DNA of 64,000 nucleotides, from assembly GCA_053919585.1 (NCBI GenBank), contig CM132790.1. One strand, written 5' to 3'. The translations under genes and the position numbers were made by a program. The notes under the pieces were generated by a model. The model saw only the letters and a program-made list of their open reading frames with translations. It searched no databases and had not been told where the DNA came from. The stretch is from Euprymna scolopes (Eukaryota). Every line of letters starts with the position of its first letter. Within the stretch, counting starts at the first letter, position 1. Shown here in pieces: positions 26,720 through 40,169 of this stretch.

Positions 26720-28019
26720 CAGTTCTTTTGGCTCGTGTGCACACACATTACTCGTTGGTTGTTTATATTATATGCTTCTCATTTTCCACATTAGTTTGAT
26801 GACCGTGGATGGTTTACCTAGTCCAGCAAGCCAGATCTTCCGCATCTTTTGGGACCGACGGTATCAATACGACTAATTAAATTTACGCTGCATATCATTA
26901 GCCATACTAGTTCTTCCTACGTTGTCCGAGATGCAGTAAAGCCATTTTAGTGTTTAAATTTTGTTTATTGGCAAATTTTCAAAACTTATTCAGAAAAATA
27001 TCATTTTCACTTGTAAAGGAGATAACTCTTTTTATATTTTTTAATTTAAATAATGAGTTATTCATCTCGATGGTTTTGAGTTTTCGATCACGCAAAGATG
27101 TTTTCATAAAAGCGGGTTATCTAAGCGGGAATGTGCGCTTTTTTAAAAGAGTATAGCAAAGTACATTAGTATAATGCCAACAACGTAGTACAACAATAAC
27201 AAATGAATATTGACTAATCAAAACTAATGGTTTAATTTATGCCAATTTAAATGATGTTTACGTTTAAATTATAAAAACTTGCGCAGCTATCTGGCGTCGC
27301 CCGGAATCCCCATTTACATAACTTAGTTTAGAATAAAAATGAAACTAAAAGGATACAATAAAAAACGCAAATATTTGTATAAAAGCGCAGATACTCTGTT
27401 AGTGCCTCTTTTCTGTTAGTATCTCATTGTTTCTGTAGTGCCTCTTTGCAGAGATACTACGTCGTCAGGCCTTAAATTTCCTTAATAAGACCAATTTTAA
27501 AATTTGTTTCTTTTATATGGAAAAGTTTTTATCTGATTTTTACTAAAGAAAACAGGAATTCTAACAAAATGGAAGATGGTTGAAGCAGGGGTAAAATAAG
27601 GAATCATTTGCAGGTCGGTCTGTTCGGGATAATAAAAGTCTTTAATGTCTACATTTTTTTATTTATTATCTTTTGGCAAAGAGACTAAGCACTTAATATT
27701 CATTCGTTAATTTCAGACACATTAAAGATTTTAAAGATAGTTATTTTATACCGCATTGGTCAGCTTGTCATTATCTATGGCCCTATCAACACTCATACGT
27801 ATCCAAAATGTTTGTATAAATAAGCATACTATCTATCTCNNNNNNNNNNNNNNNNNNNNNNNNNNNNNNNNNNNNNNNNNNNNNNNNNNNNNNNNNNNNN
27901 NNNNNNNNNNNNNNNNNNNNNNNNNNNNNNNNNNNNNNNNNNNNNNNNNNNNNNNNNNNNNNNNNNNNNNNNNNNNNNNNNTTGTTTATTTTAAACATTT
28001 TTCTACATAATTACATAAT

Positions 28020-29482
28020 TTTCAACCATTTCGATGCAACAGATGTCTACAAGTCTACAAGTTTATGAACACCATGTGGAAACAAAGTTTTTAGCTTCTG
28101 GCGCTTGGCTAGCAAATCACAATACCTTGCACTGTTGATTTTACTCCTCTTTTCCAGGAAATCTTCCAAAATATACCCTTCAGAATCACAATAAATGATT
28201 AGTGTAACCTCTTCTGCAGAAAGTTGACTTTTGAAGTTTTTTTTTAGGAGGAGGACAGATGTTTCCACTCCAAGCTTTGCCTCTTAATTTCATGATTCAT
28301 CTCCAGTGACTATTCGACTTGAAAATTCTTCACCTTTATTGTTGTGGCGGTTCAGTAACATTTGGAAGATCTCCACACGTCTACGTTTGTGCTCTTCTGT
28401 AAGCTGTTTTTTTTTTTACAAAGGAATCTATCAAGGCCACAGGCCACTCGATGAAAAGGGTTAAAGAGTGTACAGTTGTCAAAAGGACAATATTATAGTG
28501 ATCATTAGAAGTGTAGATTTGGTAAATTGGATTACTTAAGAGGAACGGCTCATCAAGAACTTGTTTACATTGGACTTGAAGACAACCATATTGTAGTCAG
28601 CTGGAAAGCAGGTAAACGGAAGAGAGTTCCACAGGTGTGAAGTTCTTAGAAAGAAGCTTTGTTCATAGAATCTACGTTTAGGTTTATGCACAGATAAAGA
28701 GTGGGGGAAATTATTGATAGTGGTTGCAGCCAAACGAGTGTTTCTCGTGAATGTTTGGCGAGGAGGAACCATAGATTGGAGTTCAGACGAGCACTTACCA
28801 TGAAAATAACGATAAAACAGAGACAGGCTCGCAAAGTCTCTTATGTGAGAAAGAGGTTGCAGGGACGAGAAAAGGGCATCCCCCACTAGGCTACGAAGTC
28901 TATTCTGAACTCTGTCAAGACATGGTAAGTCTTCCTGTCACCTAACTTGCAGAAACTATATTGTACCCAAGGATTTCATGAAAGATTTCTTGAGCAGAGC
29001 CAAAACTGATCTGCAAAGATTGTGCTATCTCACCAATGGTAATGCACCGGTTTTCCATTATCATTTGTTGAGTTTGCACAGTCTTTTCTTCACTGGTCGA
29101 AGTGGAAGCCCTGCTCTTTCTGTATTTTTCGCTAAGGTCTGGATAGTTTTAAACTTTTAATCCACTCATATACCGTTCTTTTCCATAGTGCATTGTCTCT
29201 ACATTGGGTTAATAGTTTTTTATGAATTTCTGCCCCCGGTAAACCTTCTGACCACAAAAGATCAGACCACAGCACCTTGTTATTCTCCTCTGGTGCATTG
29301 CGCAAGTGGAGCGTCCGTTTTTATCAACTGAAAGTAACACGTGCTACAACTGAACGAACAATCAAATTAGCTGATCATAATCACATGACACAATAGTCGA
29401 TGCATGATAAAAAAAAATTGTGAAAAAGCTAAAGCAAGAGTGCGCTATAAAGCAATGCGCGGATAATTTTTTATTTACATTC

Positions 29483-29486
<4 letters not shown>
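28020..29486 (-). mobile_element. Decayed mariner transposon interrupted by a CR1 fragment
   Basis: Minus-strand mariner-like peptide (..KFKSQLSAEEVTLIIYCDSEG..INSARYCDLL..) and a TIR-like end (TACGAATGTAAATAAAAAATTATCCG) at a TA/AT run. Confidence 0.55.
28407..28925 (-). mobile_element. CR1/L2-like LINE 3' fragment with poly(A) tail
   Basis: ORF 28536-28886 LQPLSH..SLSLFYRYFHG..SFFLRTSHLWNSLP..FKSNVNKFL; T run at 28407-28417; homologous to 41460-41900. Confidence 0.8.
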
Positions 29487-29521
<35 letters not shown>

Positions 29522-29700
29522 TTTTTTTTTTACTATAATAATTAAATACCTACAGACACTAGTGTTTCATCCTTTCGGGATTCTTCAGTGCAGGGTGTCA
29601 CGATTACTACCAGTCGAACGATTCGAACCCCGCGACACGAGACATCTCTGGCTCGATTAGCGGAGGCCGTATCCAGTCGGCTACTATTAACCGTATGAAA
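29484..29700 (-). mobile_element. SINE-like element: tRNA-type Pol III head, hammerhead ribozyme, (AT)n flank
   Basis: Minus strand A box TAGCCGACTGG (29683-29673), B box GGTTCGAATC (29629-29620), hammerhead 29594-29549, (AT)n 29485-29517. Confidence 0.6.
29549..29594 (-). ncRNA. Minimal type I hammerhead ribozyme
   Basis: CCUGCA-CUGAAGA-AUCC cgaaa GGAU-GAAA-CACUAGUG-UC-UGUAGG: complete core, 6-bp stem I, 4-bp stem II, palindromic stem III, GUC cleavage triplet. Confidence 0.85.
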
Positions 29701-30169
29701 TAGCGTTGAATTTTAAACATTTTTAATTNNNNNNNNNNNNNNNNNNNNNNNNNNNNNNNNNNNNNNNNNNNNNNNNNNNNNNNNNNNNNNNNNNNNNNNN
29801 NNNNNNNNNNNNNNNNNNNNNNNNNNNNNNNNNNNNNNNNNNNNNNNNNNNNNNNNNNNNNNNNNNNNNNNNNNNNNNNCAAAATTTTACATAATAGTTA
29901 TTTTTAATAAAGATTAAACATAACAAAGTAAACGACTGGACACAAGTTAAGAAACGATGTTAATAAGTTACAAAACTTTTAATTAACATTGTTAAAAAAT
30001 TCGATAGAGTTCATTTATCATTAAGACTTTTATTTTTAAACAATATAACAAATTTTACACGCAAAATTCTGTCTTGAAAAAAAACTTATCACTGTGAAAA
30101 AAAGTCAATTTAATAAATGTCTAATATTTTTAATGGGTTTAAAAATGTATTTAATCGTGTAATTAGTAT

Positions 30170-31218
30170 AAAACAGAGAAAGCGTTAGAGGCAAAGTAAA
30201 AAAAAACGACAGACATCCAAAACATCATAAAAAGAAGGAAGAATTGTTAAAATGTATACATTTTTCTATAGAAAAACGTTTTGGAGCTTCTATATCAAAT
30301 TTCTACCTAAAATTTAATGGAGAGGCAGATAAGATTTTAAATAAATAAAAAATTGTCTGTAGATTTAAAACCACATGATTGCATGCTCGTATTCCAGCTT
30401 CGAAGCCTCTCATTTCCAAGCGAAACCAAAGGGCGCGATTGGCGTATGTTTTGAACTGATAAACAATGGGATACATTGCAGTTACGAGTTCAAGTTTGAT
30501 ATATTTCATCATTGAACCGGTGAAAAACTGTTTTCTCAATAAGCCAAGAAAATCGTTTTTATGATAGTGTGGATAATGATTTCATCTAAAGTTTGTGCTA
30601 TTATGTGCATACATTGCAATATCAATGCTGAGATTTACAAAAGGCTTCTTCAACAGCATGTTTATACCACAATTTTTATAAGTCTCCTATTTTCATGCAT
30701 CACAATGCACTTGCGGCAATGCTGAGAAGGTTATGCTTTTATTTGAAGAAGTAATAGTCCTAATAAAGTGGCTAACCCAGAGCCTAGACCGGAATCCAAT
30801 AGTTTTGGTAGGGTTCAAAAATAAAGCAAAAAGAAAAAACAGGATTATCTATGGGAGTTATTGCAGGATGAATGGGAGGGATTATTACTGATTTTTCGAA
30901 GAAATTAATTAGATCATTTTAAGAAATCATTGAAAATAAGGTAATGTTTACCAAATATTAAATTTTGTTGATATTTTGTATACAATCAAGTATTAAAAAG
31001 ATCGTTTCTTAACTTTTGCCCGATTGTTTATTTCCTTTGTATTTTTAAGAAAACTTATTTAAAATGACATAAATATTGTACAATATTCATGCATTACACT
31101 CTAACCTTTATTCTGAAAAATTTCATTGCTAATCAAACATTACCTTTTAAGTAATACACATATTTATGTTTGTTTTTTTTTGTTGGCTTCTGTTCCTGAT
31201 ATTATGGCTCTTACTGTA
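30170..31218 (+). mobile_element. Highly decayed Tc1-like transposon
   Basis: Remnants FMHHNA and KWLTQSLDRNPI (compare WPSQSPDLNPIE); ends ...CACTG-like TTACTG|TA. Confidence 0.5.
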
Positions 31219-33363
31219 TATATAAGAATAGTAGGACTACCTGGCACCGCTCGGAATCCTAATTTCTGTAAATTACATTGATTATCGAAAAAATAACTTA
31301 AACATAAACAGTCTATTTAAAAAGAAACGCTAATGTTTATATAAAATACTCTGACCCTCTGTTGAACCGTTTACAACGTCTCGTTAAACACTATTTCAAT
31401 CATTATTTAAAGCGAAATGGGTTTCGTCATTAAACCCAAACAACTTATTTTACGTAAACGATCTTCTTTAAAAATAAAATAAACAGTAAATAGTTTTTTA
31501 AATTGGCTTTTACAAACAAAACATTAAAACACTACATTTTATCGTACATGCGAAACGCCCAAATGAAAAAACACAAGAAAATGAAATAAAGTTGTATAAC
31601 AAGACAATAACAAAGTAAACAACATTTTTGTTGTCTCGACTAATTTTTATTTAACCAAAGTTTTTTCGCCACTTTCAAACTAGTAAATAAATTCGTTCAC
31701 GAAAAAATGTTTTCTTTTATAAAAACAAAATAAAGTAATTCAATCTCCAAAAGTGTTTGTAAATAAAACATTAAAAACAATCATCATCGTATATGTGAAT
31801 ATCGTTTAGTCATTAAATTTAAAAACCTTTTTGCAACTAATATTTTTAAATAGGAAACCTGTTTACTAAAAACGGAAATGGGTTTGCTATAGTACTTTAC
31901 GCTATTGCATTTTTATATTGAAAAATACAATATATTGAGAAATAAATAATAAAATTGCGATTGAAAACGAAACTTTTAGATTGTCTATCTGACGCTATCT
32001 AACTGTGCTATTTAGGTTGTCTATACATTTTGTAACTCTAAGCAGTTTTATTCCTACTTGCTGCTCCTGCTAGCGCTATTTCGATCATTATTGAAAAATG
32101 CCTTCATTTTCAAGATCTTTCGAGGTGGATAATTTTTTTTTAATTGAACCAAGACATATTTTTGTTCTGAAAAACATGAAGCTATGTTCTACAAAATAAA
32201 TTGATGAACCAGTATCAAATTAGGATTTATTGATTGATTTATTGATTCACAAATCGGACTGGATTTGCTTGATATGTGTGTGTGTGTGTGTGTTTGTGTG
32301 CATGTCCATGTGTGTGTGTGTATTTGTATGATAATGGCATGTAGATAAACTAAAATAATGGTATTTTTTAGGTAATAATTTATTTTATCCACTACAACTG
32401 ATTTACTGTTTTGAAAATTTTTTATGTTTTTTTTTTCATAAACTATTATCGATAATTGCTCTTTATTTACACCGATAGTTCTACTCGGATTTTTTCAGCA
32501 AATATTTTATTATTTCTGACTCCATATATACTAAAGAAAAAATTAGAGGATCAATTGGGTTGGGTGAAGCAGATTGATTCAGGAAAAAATGAGTTTGAAA
32601 ATCCTGGTAATTTAAAAAATAAAACTTACAAAAAATCCTATAGTAGTTCTCGCTTTTTCTTTCTTTCTTTTCCTTTCTATCTCTTTGTCTCTATATCTAT
32701 CTGTCTATCTTTATCTCAAGTCACACATTAAATAATATCACTATACTCGTGTTATTCTCCTTTCCTTATTATTTTATTCTTTCTTTTCTTTATTATCTTA
32801 GATTATTAACGAACAGAGAAAAGGTGAGAGTAACAGAAGTGAGTATAAAAGATCGCGTATAAAAAAGCGGAATTTTAAACAAATGGAAATGATTAATAGA
32901 ATCTTAAGATATGAATCGTTTTGTTGCAGATTACAGCTAATTAGAATAATTAAAATTGATTTTTTAAATAATTAAATTAAATTAAAATGATTTTAATATA
33001 ACTCAATCCCAAAATTAAGGAAGACTTTATAACGCATTTTGTGTGATTAAAATATATTTGAAATAGCCTTAATCGAAACAAACGTTTATTAACACAATAA
33101 CTTTAGTATATATATACATATATATTGTTTTAACAAAATCAAGACATCAAAGAATGTATTGATAGCAATAAACAGTGTATTACATCGTTCGTTACAATTG
33201 CTTCAAGGCCATCCGGACAAATTCAAACCTTATTTGTTCGAAAATATTCACAAGAACAGCCTATCATCAGACGTTTTGAAAAATCGCTTTTACAATAAAC
33301 AATATGGAATCCATTTCCCTTTTAAGAAAAATTATGAGAAAATATTTCACCTACATCTCAGAA

Positions 33364-33411
<48 letters not shown>

Positions 33412-33414
<3 letters not shown>

Positions 33415-33554
33415 AGAAAAGAAATTAAAACTGTAAATTAACATTTATAATTAAATTTATTATTCGACAGAATACTCTTGAAAACAATGTTCAAAGTTCT
33501 TTTTCCACGGAGTTTCAAAGAATGCTGTTCTTGCTATTCTTCTTATCAGAGGAC
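33412..33554 (-). repeat. Hammerhead-bearing dispersed repeat, degenerate copy
   Basis: Homologous to ~47703-47844; directly abuts (AT)n 33367-33411; core mutated to CTGATAA. Confidence 0.6.
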
Positions 33555-34823
33555 AAGAAAAAATCAGCAAATTATAATTGTAGCTAGGCTAGAATTTGCT
33601 GGTTGAGGCATTAGATGAAACTGCAATTTATTATATTCATAAATTGCAAAATGTTCATGTCTGTTAAGTAACGTGTGAAGAAATGTGAAAAGATTTACTT
33701 TATACATTATTTTAAAAAGCGTTTTTCACTCTATCTAATCGTTTGAATTACAATCGTTTTAAAACAATTATGTCTTCTTTTCAGAACGTTGAATACAAGA
33801 TGAAGAAAAAGCAAATTCTTATTTCAATTCAAGCAATTCAGAGTTAATGAAACAGTTCGCGATATCAACGAATCGTTTGGCACAGGAGCCACTACTGAAC
33901 GCACAGCACAATGGTGTTTAAAACATTTCGTGGCGGCGACGAGAGTCTTGAAGATAATTAACGTAGTGGTCGACCATGGATCAATTAAAAGCCTTAATCG
34001 AAGCCAATTTATGCGCAACTGTTCGAGAACTTGCTTCTGAATTAGACATAACGTATACGACTATTTCCAACCACTTGAGAGAGATTAGAAAGACAAAAAG
34101 ACTTGATAAATGGATGCTTCACGAATTGAATGACAACCGAAAGAAACGCCGTTATGAAGTATCATCTTTCCTTCTTTTTCCTAACAAGAACGACTCGTTT
34201 CCCGACTGGGTTGTGACTTGCGATGAAAAGTGGGTTCTTTACGAAAACCGGCGGCGCTCAGTTCAATGGTTAGATGTTGACGAAGCTCCACGACCCTTCC
34301 CGAAGCTAGAGTTGCACTAAAAGAAGGTCATGCTTACTGTTTGGTGGTCTGCAACCGGTCTCATCCATTACAGTTTGTTTTTTTTATTATAGGCGAAACC
34401 ATTACGACCGAGAAGTACTGTCAACAAATGGATGAAAAGCATTAGAAACTTCGACAATAACACCCAGAAGTAATCAACAAAAATAGTCTAATTCTTCTCC
34501 AATTAATGCCCGACTAGACGTTGCTAAACCGACTCTGCAGAAATTGAACGAATTGGGCTACGAAACTCTGCCTCATCCGGTATACTCTCTAGACCTCTCA
34601 CCTAACGACTACCACTTTTTTAAGCATCTCGACAATTTTCTGCGTAAGAAATGCTTAAAAAATCTAAGCGATATAAAAAACGTCTTCAGCGACTTCATCA
34701 CCACCAGAACGCAAGATTTTTACGTTACTTATAAATACACTTGTTTTGCGTTTGCAAAAGTGTGTTGATTCTGATGGTGCTTATTTCGATCAATAAATTT
34801 TTATTTTATCCAAAATATGTTCA

Positions 34824-35167
34824 TCTATATATATAAAAGGCAAAAATCGGTGTGTATGTATGTATGTATGTATGTTTGTTTGTAACGCTAAAACTTTTGA
34901 AAGACGGAACCAAACTTGACAAATTTGGTATCATATCGAAGCCCCATCACCCGGATGACAAATATCGAAATTTCACGTCAAACGGACTACTAGAAGTTGG
35001 TCAACTGATCAGTTATCTTCGAGGGGGGGCCCCAAAAAAACCTGTCATTAACGCTAAAACTTGAGATGAAAGATTCCTCTCCCCTAAGAATAAAACATAT
35101 GTTCAATATCTGCTTTTGTTTTTTCATTGTTTATACGGTCCCGAGCAACGCCGGGTAGCCCTGCTAG
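34824..35167 (+). mobile_element. Non-autonomous Helitron 1
   Basis: A|TC 5' end, (TGTA)n, subterminal hairpin CCCGAGCAACGCCGGG (35140-35155), CTAG 3' end, no TSD. Confidence 0.8.
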
Positions 35168-36132
35168 TCTATAAATATAAAAGCGAAAATGTGTGTATGT
35201 ATGTTTGTATGTGTGTTTGTGTGTCCGCTAAAAACTTTCGACAGACACAACGAAAATTCACAAACTCGGTATCATATTGAAGCTCCATCCTTCGCTCGAA
35301 AAATATCGAAACATTGGCCAAAAACGTTGATTTTTTTCACCCCGAAATCGACAATTTTCGACAGGGGGGGGGTCCACAAAAACGGTCCTCTCGTGACGAT
35401 GACCAGTTCTACGCATGCGTCAGATGACGTCATGACCTGATTTACTTTAAATAGTTGAAAAACTGACTAAATTTCATGTACGTGTTGTTAGCTCAGTTGG
35501 TTGGTTCGTTATCTAAACGCTTTAGGTTCGAATCGTGGTGTGAGATGTCTTTTTTTTTCGATTTTTTAAATTTAAATATTGAACCAGTGTTATTTAAGCC
35601 ATTTTTCACGTAACGTTCGTTTTTCTGGTTTATTTTTTACTTCGCTTATCCACCCCCGACCACACACCCAAAAACACCCGGGTACCCACCGATTTTTTAA
35701 ATTTTAATATCGAAACAGGCTTATTTAAGCCATTTCTTTTTTGTTTTTTCGATTTTTACATTTAACATCGTTCGTTTGCCTTACGTTAGTTTTTTTTGTG
35801 TTTTTTTTTTCGATGTTTTGATCACCCCACCCGCTTAAGTTTTAACGTTGTTTTCTTTTTTTACTTCGCTTGTAACAAACAAACCTGGTCATTGACCTTA
35901 TTTGCTGAATAGCTATTGTTCTACGACTTCCGTGCACGCACCTGTCAATTTGGTTCTTACTTAAATAAATTCAAACATCTTTCAGTAACTCATTTCTGGC
36001 TGGCCGATTTTATTTTCAAACTTTGCCTCAGGCCTTCGGGTTCGATCCTACTCCCCCCCCCACCCGGTTTCTTTTTTATTTAACACCACACACACCTCCA
36101 AACACCCGGGCAACGCCGGGTACCCCTGCTAG
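35168..36132 (+). mobile_element. Non-autonomous Helitron 2, head-to-tail with Helitron 1
   Basis: TC start immediately after the previous CTAG; CCCGGGCAACGCCGGG hairpin; CTAG|T end. Confidence 0.8.
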
Positions 36133-36511
36133 TCTAAATTTAAAAGTTAAAAACCGCGAGAACTATCTTGTCAACCTGATATATAATGTGTGCGCATGCG
36201 CGCCTGTGTGTGCAACTTTAGATCGTCCGTTACTTCTGTTACAAAATGAAAAAGTCTCAATTACAAAATAATGAAAATTAAGACTGAATCGACACATCAG
36301 AAAATGTAAATTGATAAGAGAAAATGAATAAGATTTTTTTGTTGTTGACTATTTTCATATCTGGTCTTCTAGTTGTGATGAGGCTGTCGGAGATCAACAC
36401 ATAGTTACTAATAATGTTAACATAACAAATCTTTTTTGAACTTTATGCATTTATTATTTATTCGCGCTTTAAACATATATTTGTTAGAAAAAGAAGGTTA
36501 ACTTGTTGTTT

Positions 36512-36760
36512 TCTATATATATATAAAAGCGAAAATGTATTATGTATGTATGTATGTTTGTGTGTATGTTTGGATGTCTGCTAAAAACTTTCGACAGGCG
36601 CGACGAAAATTCACAAACTCGGTATCACATCGAAGCACCATCCTTTGCTCGAAAAATATCGAAAAATTGGCATAAAACGTTAACTTTTTCATCTCGAAAT
36701 CGACAATTTTCGACAGGGGAGGGGGTCCACAAAAACGGTCCTCTCCCCCCGCTCTTCTAA
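36512..36760 (+). mobile_element. Helitron 5' portion, same family as Helitron 2
   Basis: Clear similarity to 35168-35390; followed by an assembly gap. Confidence 0.75.
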
Positions 36761-38009
36761 TCTTCGGTCTTCTAATCAACTAATCTTTTTCTTGTTAAAT
36801 TGTCNNNNNNNNNNNNNNNNNNNNNNNNNNNNNNNNNNNNNNNNNNNNNNNNNNNNNNNNNNNNNNNNNNNNNNNNNNNNNNNNNNNNNNNNNNNNNNNN
36901 NNNNNNNNNNNNNNNNNNNNNNNNNNNNNNNNNNNNNNNNNNNNNNNNNNNNNNNNNNNNNNNNNNNNNNNNNNNNNNNNNNNNNNNNTTTTGAAAAAGC
37001 ACTTTAAAAAATCAAGTGTGGCCAGCATTAGTCACGGGTGAGATCTTGTCACTAGTCAAAGCGTCTGTTCTATGGTGTATTATTTGAACATATGATCGCC
37101 AAATCTCATACGTAAGTCGGACATACTGTTAGGATCAACCCAAGAAAAGAATTATTCCCATTGGACTACCAAAACAAAAAAAAAAGAGAGTTGCTTCCCT
37201 TGAACTAATAAGTTGATGATCGCCCTTGTGGGAGTTGAAGAAAGTCGGCCATGACACTTTGAGACGCATACACGCTGCTCTAAACGAGAGATTTCACCAT
37301 GGCATATCCGATGGTTAAATTATCATAATCGCATTGATAACTTGTTAAATAAATTTGTTTAACGTTCATCTTTGTTCTCGTTTAATTTTCACAGATATTT
37401 CATAGACAACACGCATTTTTAAACCTGTTAAATATACGTTCTTCCGCCTTTACCTGAGTAATAATTACTTCAAAATTGTCCGTTCTCTTTGCTACGCCTT
37501 GCATATAGCTAATAGTGCTTGGATCAAAGTTATCATCCTTAGAGGTAATTGGATTCAGCGCTAAATGTCACTACGTTCGCGTGATTTGTTATTCTCTTAC
37601 TCCAACTTTTTCAAAATTCATTAAAAATTTTAATGAATAACACTACACAAAGATATATTAAATCTAACATTAACAATCTGCAAACATATTTCTGTTCTGT
37701 AGGAGATTTGGTGCGTCGGTTGAACTGCGCACGATAGTCAGATTTTTCCAGGTCTATTGTCGAACTCAAAGCAAGAGTCGCTTCAGCAAACTATAGCTTG
37801 TCGCCAAATTTCTTTATGATGTCCATCTCCAGAAAGAGATCAAATCCCAATGGTTTGTTGTTTATTACCAGTACGTTAGTCTTCAAGGGATTCATTCATG
37901 TTGGTCACTGTTAAAGTTATGATGCCAACACCATGATTTAGCAAAACATTTCCCACCTGCTGTCAAAATGCGGTATTTTTCTGTACTTTGGATTGACATA
38001 ACAACCCAC

Positions 38010-38810
38010 TCAGATGAGGATCACCCAGAATCCACGAACGCTTTCTAATCTAGCCCGTTGAACTTTACTTTTATTAAGGGCGCTTTTTCTAGTTTATAAC
38101 GCTGTCCTTTAGCCCCTTGCTTCGTTTCCCCGATACCTCGATGCGACATATCCTTGTTACTGGCACTGATAACAGTGTATCACCAGGAACGCTCATCTTG
38201 CTTTGCCCCGGTTGCCGGCAGTTTCTGGCAAAGTGATTGGAACCTCCACACTGGTTACACTGCACTCCGGCTGCGTCCTGCTGGTCGGAGTTTGAAGGTA
38301 GATCAACAAGCACACGAGGAAGAATGTTGTGTCGCTTGACCACTGCAGCAACAGGCTTATCCAACTCTACCTGAGAGCCCAAGAAATAATCTGTTCCAGG
38401 GTTATGTTTGCTATTCTTGAATATCCCCGTAATTGTTGTCCAACGGAACAGGGGAGTCCTGTCACGAAAGCGCAACTGAGCCATCGGTTAGAGGGGGGGG
38501 GTCGATTAGACGTGCCAGGTCATGTAAGTTACCGAAGTATTCGTCCACATTTTCCCGGTGCACAAATGATGAGAGATAACTTGTCAGATGCAACAAAAAG
38601 GGTTTCGGATCAAATGCCATGAAGGAGGGCTTGTTTTACCTGCTTTAAATCATTGCTCTGGTTACGTGTTAACAGTCGAGATAACTGACAGAGCACCATC
38701 TCTCAACCTGAGTGGTAAAACACGGTCGACGTTCTGAACACCACACGTTTCACACAGCAGCTTCACCTGTTCCAACTATTCGGACACTCTGCGGTCGGGT
38801 GTAATACCAT
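38010..38810 (-). mobile_element. Gypsy-type LTR retrotransposon gag-protease remnant
   Basis: Zinc knuckle CNQCGGSNHFARNC (ORF 38089-38484); protease-like FVDSG near 38025-38040; possible CA|TGGTA LTR/PBS junction at 38811-38805. Confidence 0.6.
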
Positions 38811-39416
38811 GAAATTCGGGAATTAGCGAATTTCAAATGCTTTACCTTCTATTTGCGTTTGGTTATTTGTTAACCGAAATACCTTATTTTGTAGAGTTTG
38901 GAGGGTTCATAGCACTGGAACTCTTTGTAAGAGGGACTTTTGCCTTGCTCACTGTTCACTCCTTTCCCTTAGAGTTTGGTCATTTATAATCAGTAACTCT
39001 CGCCATTTCACGTGGCTTATCTCGTCCGTCTCCATAAAACACGTCGTATCTCTTGTGTCTTCTTTTCCTAGTTTCCCTGCGCTGGTAGCAGAGGGAACAC
39101 ACCTTTTGCTTCTTTGAGGTTAGGTTTTTTGTAGTATTACTACTACAATTTCACACAACTTCTGTTGTAAAGGCTGTGTATATATTAAAATGGTGTAAAT
39201 TAGAAATTGCAGAAGATTCAAAAATCAAGTGAAACAAATGTAAGTTTGGTTCTATTGATCCAATTAGGAACATAGCAACAACATTTCCCTGCGCGGATTC
39301 ATAACTTTATTTCCAAACTTGCTTTCTGTATTCGTTGCGTTTTTGTTTTGTTTATGTTTTTTCTTTAATATTACCGATCTTTTGTAAAACTGTTGCTCTT
39401 TCTTTTTCTTTTTTAG

Positions 39417-39590
39417 AAGAAATTCAAAGTGAAATTAACTGGAGGCCGCTATAAGAAAGAGGGTCATGTCTCCATTTTGCTTCCTGGCGAAACAAAATGG
39501 GGAGTCATTTGCGGGGATCATTGGAGCTACTTTGAGGGCGTCGTCACGTGCCGTCAATTAGGGCTTGGCTTAGTCAAGCAAGTCTCTCAG
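39417..39590 (+). CDS. LOXL2: Lysyl oxidase-like exon, first half of the last SRCR domain
   Basis: Polypyrimidine tract + TAG acceptor, CAG|GTAAAC donor, 174 bp, phase 0/0; KKFKVKLTGGRYKKEGHV..WGVICGDHWSYFEGVVTCRQLGLG. Symbol indicates the LOXL2/3/4 class, not strict orthology. Confidence 0.88.
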
Positions 39591-40169
39591 GTAAACCATC
39601 TGCAATATTTATATAGTCAGTAATTTATTTGTTCTTATACCGATTCCTTTCTTTGCAGTTGTTTTCTCCCATGAAACTATTTAGTAACTGCATTCTTAAA
39701 GGCATTCATTCCAGATTTTTTATAACAGATATTCCAGTATTTTTATTTTTATGCGCATATTTTTCTGCAATGACATATTTAGTTGTATAAAAATGCCACA
39801 GTTTCAAAATATCACTTGCTATCATTTACATATAATCAAATCAATATAAATAAATATAATACATTTATGCTCATATCTCTGAATTTAATAATTTCTACAG
39901 ATTTCATTTGAAAAATAAAACATTTTAATGAAAAATCAATCTTTAGAATGATATATCACCGAAATATGTCGAATTTATATTTTATAAGGACCTTTAAAAC
40001 TGAATTCACCCAGCGTCTAAACATTCATAACCTCAATAGATTACTTCTCTAAGTAAGCAGCCAGCCGAATTCCAAAATAATTTTAATATGAATTTTATTT
40101 TTTGACATGTGTAATTTTTGAATCACACCTATAAATTTAATTTTATTTATGAAAGAAAACGACTTTTGT

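Larger units (their letters stand above)
33600..36180 (+). mobile_element. Decayed mariner (DD34D) element with two Helitrons in its 3' end
   Basis: VVTCDEKWVLYEN and YSLDLSPNDYHFFKHLDNFL motifs; TIR-like ..CTTGTCAACCTGATA|TA at ~36180; 5' boundary approximate. Confidence 0.8.

Noticed and set aside
29605-29690. Functional tRNA gene (also considered at 35489 and 57965)
   Set aside because: A/B boxes are present but no acceptor stem or cloverleaf could be built
37050-37980. Possible minus-strand Penelope remnant
   Set aside because: Only faint motif echoes; too degraded to support by eye
38010-38042. CAGATGAGGAT..ATCC hammerhead-like motif
   Set aside because: Core is mutated and the sequence is better explained as the Gypsy protease VDSG on the other strand
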